Of a stretch of 64,000 nucleotides of DNA, positions 1 to 10,900 are shown piece after piece. Each line of letters begins with the position of its first letter. Positions within the stretch are counted from its first letter, which is position 1. The translations under genes and the position numbers were made by a program. The DNA lies in NCBI GenBank assembly GCA_001179505.1, contig CDMY01000324.1, positions 56,051 through 120,050 on the forward strand. Direction: 5' to 3'. The stretch comes from Vitrella brassicaformis CCMP3155 (lineage: Eukaryota; Protista; Chromerida). The notes beneath the pieces were generated by a model. That model ran no database searches, was not told the DNA's origin, and saw nothing but the letters and a program-made list of their open reading frames with translations.

Positions 1-136
1 GTGGCCCCCTGGCTGCTGCTGCAGGAGGGCGGCTGTTGTGTAGATGATGTCCATATCTGTGTGCTGGTTGGCTGGATGGCTGGTTGGCTGGATGGATCCA
101 TGGTACACATTCGATGTGTCTGTGTCTGTGTGTGTC

Positions 137-255
137 CATGTGTGAGACCATTTGTGTGTGTGTGTGTGTGTGTCCGTCTTGATGCGTTCATCGTGTGTGT
201 ACAGCTAGAACCTGGTGGCCAGAAAATCCCCTTCACCCACTCACTCATCCATCCG
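137..255 (+). repeat. Copy A of a diverged dispersed non-coding element (copy B at 25941-26089)
   Basis: The two copies share ordered blocks CATGTGTGAGACCATTTG, GTGTCCRTCTYGATGCGTTC, GTGTGTACAGCTA and ACCCACTCACTCATCCATCCG. Confidence 0.8.
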
Positions 256-784
256 TACTTGTCCTTTTCAACCACACACGTGTCCGATGTCGATCGTCGG
301 CAGATCTTCCATTACTCCGCGCTGAGTTTCAATCCATGGTACATGACAGGTGTCACCGACGTGCTAAACAAAAGAAAGAGACAGAGTGCCTACGTTCTAC
401 CGTCCACACGCATCCGTCCACAGAAAATCCTACCTACTTGCGCGACTCACTTGCATTCCCCATGCACCCCACACGCGCTTCCATAAAGTGAGCTTGTGCG
501 CCACTGCTTGGCTGTCCGGCACGTTCAAGTGATAAACTTACAGGCGCACCCAGATCCCCCGACAGGGAGAAAAACAAAAAAAATGCCAAAACCGGCCAAC
601 ACTGGTCCACACATCCATCACATCTGTCCATGGACCCTCCAACAAATGGGCGCCGCCGCCCTCATCTCTCCCCATCCACATCACATCCGTCAACAAATGA
701 ATACCCCGCCCGTCCTTCCAGAAAAAAGAGAGAGACACGCACACGGCCGAGAGAGAAAAAAGCACATACACAATCAGATAATAG

Positions 785-2571
785 TCAGACTTTGGTGCTG
801 ACGGCGATGCCGCTGGGCGGCTGCTTCTTGTCTGCAGCTGTTGGTGCACTGCCCGACTCGGGGACAACGTCGGGCAGCTGCCAGAGCTTGCCGTGGGTGT
901 CGACGTAATAGACCTCCGTGCGGTCCTCATGCCTGCAGACAGTTACATTACACCACACAGACGGACAGTCAGACGGACAGGCGGATGTGTGTATGTACGA
1001 TCCATGGTACACACGTACCACATCCACAGTTTGCGCTCTCCGCCCTCCGGTGTGGCTTCCTTCTTGCCGTTGCCGAACCGCCTATCGCGGATCTGGCGAT
1101 AAATCCTGTCCGCGTCAGCCGAATAACGCACCGCAGCACGGCGGAACGTTCGCACGCCTTTTGGACACACACACACACAGACACACACACACAGAGAGAG
1201 AGAGAGAGATGGAGATGAATGGGAGCCAGACGCATCCGGTGGCCGGGCTGGGTTGGCACTCACCGCCACAGACGAAGAACGGGCAGCTGCAGAGCCTGAC
1301 GGGTGTGCCGTAGAAGAGCATCCACCCCCACACGAGCAGCACGGCACACATGGCCCACCAAGCGGGCTCGCGATACATGCCGTGCAGCAAGGCGCACATG
1401 AGGATCACGTACAGCACTCCACACACGTGGAACAACACATTCGACCTGCAGGCATATATAGCACAGTTGACACACTGACTGATGCGATGCGACCGACTGC
1501 CTTTGTCTCCTTCTCTCTGTGTGGCTGTGCTGTGTGTCTGCGCTCACACGTGGAACCATCGGTGGTATTTCCACAGCAGCGGCGGCTTGGCGATGAAGAT
1601 GTGCCAGAAGAGGGGCAGAATGACCATCCCCGCCGTCAGCAGAATGTACATCAGCAGCAGCGGGATGAAAAAAGACCGGTTGTTCTGGCTCCTCGCGCGC
1701 TGCTCGGACGACAGCACGATGGCAAAAACGATCGCCCACGGAATCAGCAGGATGGGGGCACCCGTCAGCAACGCAGAGCGCCACGACAGCTTCCTGACCA
1801 CACACACGACAAACACCAATTCATTCAAAGGGGATGGATGACACACACATGTGCTTACCCCTCGAGCATGTCGGCACATGCGTGGATTTGCGTGTTCCTG
1901 TCGGCACGAAGCAGCGTCGGCTCGGTCTCGTCCGCCCGCTGCAGCGGCTGCTGCCTCCCCTCACGGACAACGCCCGGCTCCAGATCGACGCTCGGCTTCT
2001 TGGACGAGGTTGCAGACTCCCGCCTCTCGTACTCTCGTTTCTGCTTGCGCGACGGCGTCACCTTGAGGTCCAGGCCGCTGTAGAGCAGCTTCCACCCCGG
2101 CCCGTCGATTTCGGCGCCCTCCTCCTCGTCGACAGGCGGCTTGGGCGGCGGCAGGTCGGGCATGCCGCCGCCGCCGAAGCTCCAGGGGAAGCTGATCTTG
2201 AACGAACGGCGGCTCCTGGACTCGGTGGACCCCTGGGTGTGGCCAATCGGCAAAATGTTGGTGTGCGTGGCGGCTGCAGCGGTTCCTGTGGCTCCTGTGG
2301 CCTCGGTGGTGGCGCTTCTGTCGTCGTCTCTCTCCATTCTCTCGAGTGATGCCTGGGATGCGGGGAAGGGGTTGGATGAGCCGCTCTGAGGGGCAGCGGG
2401 TGCCTGTGCCTGCTGTGCGGGACTCTCCTCTGCGGATGGCTCGGCGGCCTCTGGGAAGGGGTTGGTCTCCTCCGCCTTGCCATCGACCTCCCCAGCGAAG
2501 GGATTCACCCCTTCCTCTTTCCTCTCCTCCATCGCAACCCCTTCAGCCTTCTTCTCTTCCGGCGTGGCCAT
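785..2571 (-). CDS. Hypothetical multi-pass membrane protein, spliced (about 5 exons); acidic/proline-rich N-terminus then several hydrophobic helices
   Basis: Long first exon MATPEEKKAEG (ORF 1855-2571). Hydrophobic exons FFIPLLLMYILLTAGMVILPLFWHIF and LFHVCGVLYVILMCALLHGMY...WWAMCAVLLVWGWMLF. Last exon ends ...GIAVSTKV*. Exons are separated by GT-AG, microsatellite-containing introns. No family recognised. Confidence 0.6.
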
Positions 2572-2615
2572 GACGCGCCGGAACGGTTACACGCAGATAC
2601 CCTAAGGCAGATGGC
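2572..2615. promoter_or_regulatory. Putative ultra-short bidirectional promoter region between the membrane-protein and MYND genes
   Basis: Only 44 nt separate the two divergent predicted ATGs. Confidence 0.4.
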
Positions 2616-4547
2616 ATGGCGAGGCCGATAGATTATTCCAAGTGGGATGACATCGCATGCTCCGACGATGAGGACGACGCGAAAGATGCGCCTCACCGCC
2701 TGCCGTACTCATCGGATGAGATCAGCGGCTACAAGGTGCGGCAGAATGCACCCAAGAACGACTACCCCAAGCGGTGTGCGGCGATGGGCTGCACCGCCAC
2801 GGCGCCTGCCGGATCACCGATGCCGATGTGCCAGCAGTGCTCGCTGGTCCACTACTGCTCGAAGCAGGTGAGAAAGGCAAAAGCGGAGGGGCGCATCCAT
2901 CCATCCATGGATGTGTGTGTATCTCTGTTGTTTCTCGGTTGTGCTGTCTGTCAGTGTCAGGTAGATGACTGGAGGAGGCGCCATAGGAAGGAGTGTAAGA
3001 GTGCACAGAAGGAGTTCTCCCGTCCCCCTCTGCACCACAACCGGGCGGCCGTCATGTTCATCTACGGGTGGCTAGACGAGGATGCCTTCTTCTCACTGCA
3101 GGTGAGAGAGCCTTTTCTCGACAGAGAAAGGGAATACAAGACATGGCTCTCTCGTCTTCTTGAATGCAGCGCGGGTCTCAGCAGGAGATCCTCAGAGAGT
3201 TCGTGACGGCCGGCCAGCACTCCGGCTGGCTGATGCTCAGACTTCGCCAGTTCCACGACCGCAGCTTCTGGTACGGCTGTCACGGTGCCATCGCAATGAG
3301 TACGTGCCTGTGTATATGTGCCCTCTCTGTCTGTCTGTCTGTCTGTCTGCAGCGTCGTTGGGCTGCACAACCCGGACAATCCGCAGGGGTCGCGGCCTCG
3401 GTGCGCATACACGACGGGCGAGGACGGCGCGGCCATATATCCCTGCTTCATGCTAGCCCCAGTGGCACGGCGAGGAGCCGAGATGCCCTGCTGCCCCCGC
3501 AACCCTAAGATGCTGGTGATGCTGGAGGCAGCGCGCAGGACGCTCAAGACGGCCATCGAGACCTGCATGAAGGACCCGAGGCATAGGGTGTTTCCCGTGT
3601 CGTTTGTGACGGTCACAGACGCGTGTGACACCCTTTTTTGGCGCAAGGAGGTGGTGATCACCGAAATGTGGACGTCTAGCGGCCTCCAGAATCGTGTGTG
3701 GTATTTGCGGCCGTCGATCGACATCACGCTGAGCAATGCACTGGTAAGGTCTAGGGGGCTGCCGCGAATAAGAAAGACACCGCAATTCTGTGTACGTGTG
3801 TCTTGTGGTCAGATGGAGGCGAGTTACGAGGTATTCGGGCACGAGCTTGGCCAGATCCTGGCAGAGAGATGGGCCTCGTGTGGCCATCGCATTATTAGCA
3901 TACCAGAGGACTATTTGCGGCGTGAGGCGTGGCAGCGCAACCTAGTCAACCGCATCGCCACAGACGGCGGCGCGGTCGGCCTCGACGCCATCTGCGAACA
4001 GAAGGCATGGCGACAGCCGCCCCGCCCATGTAATGTGAGGGTGTCTGCAGATGGGGGTGGCGGCCGATGAGGTACGCCACGTCTTCATGGAGGCGGCGCT
4101 GTCGTTCACCGACCTGTTTCGCATGCACCTGATCGACTATGCCGACGAGATGCACACCAACAGCGCAGGACGACAGTCGCTGGCGTACGAGTGCTGCATG
4201 ACCGATGACGAGTACGCCCGCGTCAAGGAGGAGATAGACGTGCTCAACCCCCAGTACTCGCCAGACATGCAAAGGACCATCGACATGCCCTTCCCGGTAC
4301 ACACATACACACACACACAGAGAGAGAGAGAGAGATAGCGAGAGAGAAATCGCTTTGTTGCTGTGTGCAGGGCTATTGCGAGGAGGTAGAGGGTCCTTTG
4401 GTGGAGCTAGCGGACGGCACGCTGGAGTCGGAGACGTGCGTGACGCTGAGGTCGCAGCTGGAGCCCGTCGCGCCCACAGACTGCTGCCCCTGCTGCGGGG
4501 CCGACAAAAAGGGAAGCAGTGGAGGCGGTCCAGTGATGATGAGGTAG
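2616..4547 (+). CDS. MYND-type zinc-finger protein, spliced
   Basis: CAAMGC...MCQQCSLVHYCSKQ|CQVDDWRRRHRKEC fits the zf-MYND Cys/His pattern across an intron. Downstream exons stay open to a stop at 4545-4547. Confidence 0.75.
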
Positions 4548-4930
4548 ATGGGGGGAGGGGCGGGGCGGGGTGGGGTGGGCTTGTCCATAGAAGGGCCTTC
4601 GTGTTTGATCCATATGTATATATCTGTGTTTAGAGGACGTATCATGCCTTTTTCTCTGCGTCAGCATGTGCGTGTGTGTGTGTGTGTGTCTTTGGGTCGT
4701 CCGTCCGTTGTGATGCCGGTCACTGCATTCACGCACTGCAAGGCGGTGGATGGGGTTTGATGGTGTCGCATCGAATGGACGATCAACAGACATAAACACC
4801 TGCACCATGGTGCATACCATCTCTCATTCAATCCCCGGTGCATATCCGCATACGAGCGTCCGCACACTCTAGCCCATTCTCGACGCGAGCTCGTCTTCTT
4901 TGGCAGATCTGTTCGCCAACAAACAATCAG

Positions 4931-7735
4931 ATGGCCGCCAGAGCACTGTCCGTCGCTCGGCGCGGACTCCAACGCCACCACAGCATCTACCAGAGGACAT
5001 CAGCGCGTCTGCTTCGTCGCTTCAGCTCGGCAAGGGAAGCTGCCAGATCACCCGAGGAGGCATCCTCCGACTCATCGAATTCAGCCGACGTGAGCTGGGA
5101 CGTGACGGGCAACCTGAAGCACAAGCTGCACGGCTCTCGGCCGCTGGTCATGGTCATTCACCCGGTGCTAAAGGGCAAGCGGAAGAGGGAGATCCTGTGG
5201 GACGCTGAGGAGGCGCTGGGGCTGGTCAGGGCAGCGCATTGGGACCCGCTGCCTGGACCTACTGAACCTGCAAGTGCGTGAAATGTAGGGGTGGCAAGGC
5301 AAGGCAAGATGACGGTGGCTGCATAGCCTGTGTGTGTGTGTGTGTGTGCAGATGGGTGGAATCAGAATGAGCTTGCCAAAGTGGGTCACCTGCAACGGCT
5401 CGTGCAGGAGGGCAACCTCACGCTGCCCAAGGAATGGCACTTCCATCGGTCAGTCAGGCACCAAGACACGCGCAGGACTGCCCCATCAGCCAGGTCCTTT
5501 CTCTTCCCATCAGGACGATGCGTGACGATGACGAGAACACCGATGAGGAGAGCGGCGACGAAGATCTCGACCCCAATGAGGCGGCGTGGCGCAACTCCAC
5601 ACTGAGGCGGCAGTGGGCCGAGTCGTGCTGTGTCAGAGTGCGGCAGGTCCACCCCGGCAACTTCTTCCAAAAAGGCAAAGTAAGGAGGAAAGACACACAC
5701 ACAGATACACACCGACGATCCGCGCACTTGTCCTTTCCTCTGCTTGCAGCTGGAGGAGCTCGCCATGATCTACACGTACCAGCCGGCCCATTACGTCTTC
5801 GTCAACTCGTCCCTCACCGGCACGCAGCAGCGCAACCTCGAGCTCATCTTCAAGAACGCCCTCAACGTGTGGGCGGCCCGCAAGATGGAGCGCAAGGAGC
5901 TGCCCATCGCCGGCCTCGTCCACTCCGCCACCAGCATCGCCGCCAACACCACAGAGCTCGACATTCTCGCACAGGACCGGCTGAAGCTGCAGGCCGACAG
6001 CGGCAAGGCACTCGTCGGCACAGAGGGGCAGGCGGACGCCCTTGCGCAGATCGGTGCGGACCATCTGGGCGAGGCGGTGGCGCCGGTGGATGAGACTGAG
6101 GAAGAGATTGACGAGAGGAGGGGGGCGGCGACGAGGGTGGAGGTGGTGGACCGCAACAGAGTGGTGCTGGAGATATTCGCTCTGAGAGCGAGAACCAGAC
6201 AGGCCATACTGCAGGTAGGTCGGTCAGACGCAGACGCACGCCCACCTAGATGCTATGTGGCGGCACATTGCTGTCTGGGTGTGTGTTGTGTGTTGTGTGT
6301 TGCTGTGTGTCGTGTAGGTTGCTCTCGCTCGTACCAACTACTTCAAGTCTCGCCTTTCCCTCAACACGCCCAACCGGTTCAAGCAGCTGCTCATGTCCGT
6401 CAAGGCAGCTGCAGGTGTCCAAAGCACCGTAAGCACCAGAGACACACATACAGACAGACAGACAGACAGACAGAAGCACCAACACAACAAGCCACACGCA
6501 CAAGTGGCAAGGAGTGTATCTCTGTTTATGTGTGCAGTATGCCGATTGGGTGGAGGACGTAAGCACGACCTACCACCTGGGAGACGGCGAGCAGATCGGC
6601 GAGTACGAGGGGCGCCTGCTAGAGATAGCCATGACCAAGCTGCGTGCACAGCTGGAGGAGGTCAAGAAGGCCAGGAAGCTGCAGAGAGAGGCCAGGAGGG
6701 GGGCGGGGACGGTGGCTTTGGTTGGCTACACCAACGTAGGCAAGACGGCCATCATGAACCGGCTGACGGGCAGCGACCTGCGTGTGCGGGACGTGCTCTT
6801 CCAAACACTCGACACAACCATGCGGAAGGTCCGCCTGCCCTCGGGCACTAAGGCCATTCTGGTAGGCGGGCTCAGCAAAACACGTGACGTGTCTGCTGGA
6901 GGCGAGGCGAGGCGTGTGTGTGTAGGTTGATTCGGTTGGGTTCATCCAAGACCTGCCTCACGCCCTGTATGACGCGTTCCAGGCCACTTTGGAGGAGACG
7001 ATCAACGCCGACGTGCTGCTGCACGTGAGGGACGTTTCGCACCCCCAGTGGGAGATGCACAAGCAGGTGGTCCTCGACTCTCTGCACGACTGCGGCATGT
7101 CGCTCGAACGCCTCAGCTCCAATGTGGTTGAGGTCTGGAACAAAGTCGACCTCCTCGACGAGGTGAGGAGAGACACATGTATTCGGGAGGTCTCTCTGTA
7201 TGCGTGTGTGTGTGGTGTGTGGTAGGAGGGGTTTCGGTCGATGCTGTCAGAGCTGCCCCCCAACGCCGTGCCCGTGTCAGCCATGGACGCATCGGGCCTC
7301 GACGTCCTTCTCAAGGTGATTATATGACCACGGCGGGACAGAACGACACCACCCCACATCATCCACCAACGCGCTGCACTCATTCCCTTCCTTGGCTCAT
7401 TTGTTCAGTTGCTGGACCAGGTGGTCAACTCGGTGTTGTCCCGGTCGACCATCACACTACGGCTGCCCGTCCGTGAGGTGCAGGAAAGGATGCGTGTGCT
7501 CAACAGGCTGGGCATCACCATCTCCTACGGCCGGTCGCTGGACGCCGGGATGACGTCCGACTCTGAGGGGTGGCGGGAGACCTTCGCCAAGGAGGATGAG
7601 GACGAAGAGGGCGGCATCCGTGTGTCGGAGGACGGACAAAGTGTGCTGGTGGATGTGATTGCTGACTACCCCGCTTTGGCCAGGTATGAGGCCTTGTACG
7701 AGAAGAGGGGAGGGGAGCCTGGGGAGGGGAGGTGA
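4931..7735 (+). CDS. hflX: HflX-family ribosome-associated GTPase (GTPBP6-like), probably mitochondrion-targeted, spliced
   Basis: G1 VALVGYTNVGKT, LFQTLDTT, DSVGFIQDLPH, LLHVRDVSHP and VWNKVD motifs, plus the HflX N-domain QQRNLE...VVDR..VLEIFALRART. The Arg/Ser/Ala-rich N-terminus resembles a transit peptide. Confidence 0.9.
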
Positions 7736-7923
7736 TGTGACGGCCACTAGTGTAGGTGGGGGAGGGAGACGACTTGATTTCTGTACAATGTGGATATTAA
7801 CATGTGATGGTGGTAGTGGTGGAAATGAGTCTCATACGATACGCACCCACACAAGCGGAACTATCTAACGAACGTATCTTCACCCCTGCCTGCCTCCCTC
7901 CTATCCCTCTCAACACATACTAG

Positions 7924-10900
7924 CTAGTTGGTCTCTTCCTCTCGAACTCTCGGCTGCCGCCGCTGCTGCTGCTGCTGGTGGTGGTGGTCTTGGTGGTTGT
8001 CATCCGCCCCATCCTCGACCATGAGCTGCTCCCACGCCTCTGGCCGCACTATTTCCTTGAGGGCCCTCGCTACCTGCCCACCACCACTACCACCATCATG
8101 GTCATGCTGCAGCTCAGACAGACTGGCCTGGAGGTGCTCCAATGCGCCACACCGGCTGCCGCCGTCTGCCTGGTCGGCCGACTGGCACTTGCGGAACAGC
8201 TGCTCGGGGCTGCCGCCCTCCGTCAACACCTTCCTGCACACACACACACACACACACAGACACAGACACAGTCTCTCACTGGGGTGTGGTGTTGATCATG
8301 CCTTGTTGCCCTTGCCCTGCTTACATGATGTCGTGGATGAAGGTCGTGAGTCGATGTGTCTTGAGGTATGTGTGCAGCAGGGCGGTGGCCTGCCGCACGT
8401 GGAAGCGGCCGAGCAGGTGCTGCAGCAGCAGCGTCACTCGGCACGTCGACACGGCGTGATGCATCACCTCGCTAAGCGCCCCCCTGCTTGTGAGGAGCGC
8501 CGGGTCGTCCTCGGCAGACGACTGCGATGAAGAAGGGCCCGACAGCACCGCTACCAAGTCGTTGTAGTGGCCCCCGTCAACCACACACTGACACAACAGC
8601 CGAACAGAGATAGATAGATGTGTGCCGACGGTCAGACAAGTGAGTACCTTGACTAGGATGGTTCTATATGCGACCGGACAGGCCTGGCTCCAGAAGCCCA
8701 GGCACCGCACCGCCACCAGCGGCTCCCTCTGCACCAGCTGCGCTTCCAGCACACCCACATCCACCGACGAGGGCAGCAGCTGCAGCAACGCTAGCAGCAC
8801 CGTCGCCAGCCGACACTCCACCTCTCGCAGATCCCCCTGCACCGCCGCAAGAAGCTTGCCCGAGTCAGCAACGGCAGACGTCAGCTGTGGTGTGCCGAGG
8901 GCCGCGTGAAGTGGGCCGTGGATGTCGCTGTGCAGTGATTGGATGAGGGCGGGGGGTGCGTGTGGGAGGCCGTCGTCAGGTGTGGAGAGGGCGACGAGGG
9001 ATGAGAGGGCTGCGATGGTGCGTGCGATGAGGGCCTCGATGTTGAGGTAGGGCAGGGAGGGCGACCGCTGGATCGACATGCTCAGCGAATCCAACCTGAT
9101 CCATCCATCCATCCATCCATCTCGCAAAACCAATCTCTGGGCTGCTTTCCACCTGTGTGTGTGTCCCTCACTGACCAGCACGTGAACGACGGCGGCACGA
9201 GTCGTCTGCCCTCCTCCTGGGCATGAACCGTCCTCCTGTCCATCGGCCCCCCAGGTGCCCTGGCCTCGTCGATGGCCTCCCGCACCCGCCCCGCATACGC
9301 CTCCACCGCCCTCATTGGGGCCTCGAACACAGCCTGCAGCGCCTGCAGCAGCTCGCCGTCATCTGCGGGCAGCGCGAAGGCCAGGCCCTCTTGCAGCGCC
9401 CCGACGAACTCCCGGATGAAGCCGGCATTGGTGTTGAGGTCGCCCTCGGCCGTGAGTGTCTCGTGGCTGGGCGTCTTTGTGTGTGCGAGGAGGGATGTGA
9501 GGACACTGGCGAGCAGGGAGGCGTCGGCGATGTGGAAGTCGAGACAGAGGCTGGCGATGAGCTGCAGGGTGGGGGGGTCGGACCGGTGCTTCTGCCCGCG
9601 CCAGAGGGACCGCGCCAGGCCGGCCTTCTCGCAGTGGTAGAACTTCTTGATCTCCTGTATGCCATGCGGTGACACACAAGACAGGACAGGGGCCGTGCCG
9701 TCACTGCATCCCATCGCTCTGTGGTCGTGCAGGGTGTGGTTCGTTCGCCACCTCAGCTGACCTGCACGACTCCGAGGCTCTGGAGGCAGTGCAGGTAGTA
9801 GTAGTGCATCCATATGACCTCGAGGTCCTTCCATGGCTTGCCATAAATCCTCTCTATCACGTCCGTCGGCGCCACCCGGAATATCACCGCCATCGCCCGG
9901 CACTTGCCGTCGTGCGCGAACCGCGTCTCGGCCTTGAAGCTGAGGCTCAGCAGGTGCTTGACCGCCGGGTCCAGGTGCCCCCCGCCCACCACAAAGGCCA
10001 CCCGGTCCACACACAGGAGGTCCGCCGTGTCCTGTGCAAACAGGCCCTTGCCCAGCTTGCCCCGCCTCATCGCCCCAAACGGACTGGTCGCCCGCTGCTT
10101 GCCCACGCTGCCCTTGTCGAGGTAGCATAATGCGTCCAGCCCTTCCAGCAGCGCCGACGACTCGATGGCGTCGATCGCCTGCAGGGCCGTTTTGCCCGGC
10201 TGACAATCAGATGGAACCAGTGGGCGAGAGGGCACAGCTGCAGCACTGGCGGCTGGGTCTGCCGGCGGGGGCTGGGACTCGTTCGCCAGGGCGGCCTTGC
10301 GCGGCGTCCATTGGGCGTCGGACAGCCACTCCTCCACCCAGCTCTTGCGGAACGGTGCCGCGTCGATGCTGAGGTAGGCGCAGAGGTTCTCGGCCACCGT
10401 GTGCAGCGACTGCGCCTCTTGGCGGCAGTGGTCGGGGGAGAGGGTCTGGTGGATGCGCTGCTGGACTGGTGTGGCGAGGGTGTAGTGTGTGGGCCGCATG
10501 AGTATGGGTATGAGGTAGAAGTAGAGGGCCTTGATGGCCAGCTGCGGGTCGGCCAGCAACAGGTCCTCGAACAGCTCCAGGTGGTGCTGCCGCAGCTCCC
10601 ACTGCGCACTCAGCAGGTCGTGCATCTGCTTGAACGTCCGGGAAGGCGCCGGGCACAGCGGTGGGGGGGCCACACGCGGCCGCCCATACAGCGACCCCGC
10701 GCTCGCCACCGTGGCCTGGTCGTCATCCACCGCCCGTGCCGCCACGGGCGCGGGCGTCGAACCAGTGTCGGGGTCGAATCGGCAGGCCCACTTGGTGAGG
10801 GCCAGCTTGGCGGGACCCAAAGGCAGCCGCCTGATGACCTTGTCGGCCATGGTGCGTGCCGCCATGGTGTCGTTGACCTCCCCCAGGTGGTGCTGCACAG

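Noticed and set aside
4005-4050. 46-nt GC-AG intron in the MYND gene
   Set aside because: An in-phase GTCGGC donor at about 3975 gives a normal-sized intron. This cannot be resolved without RNA data.
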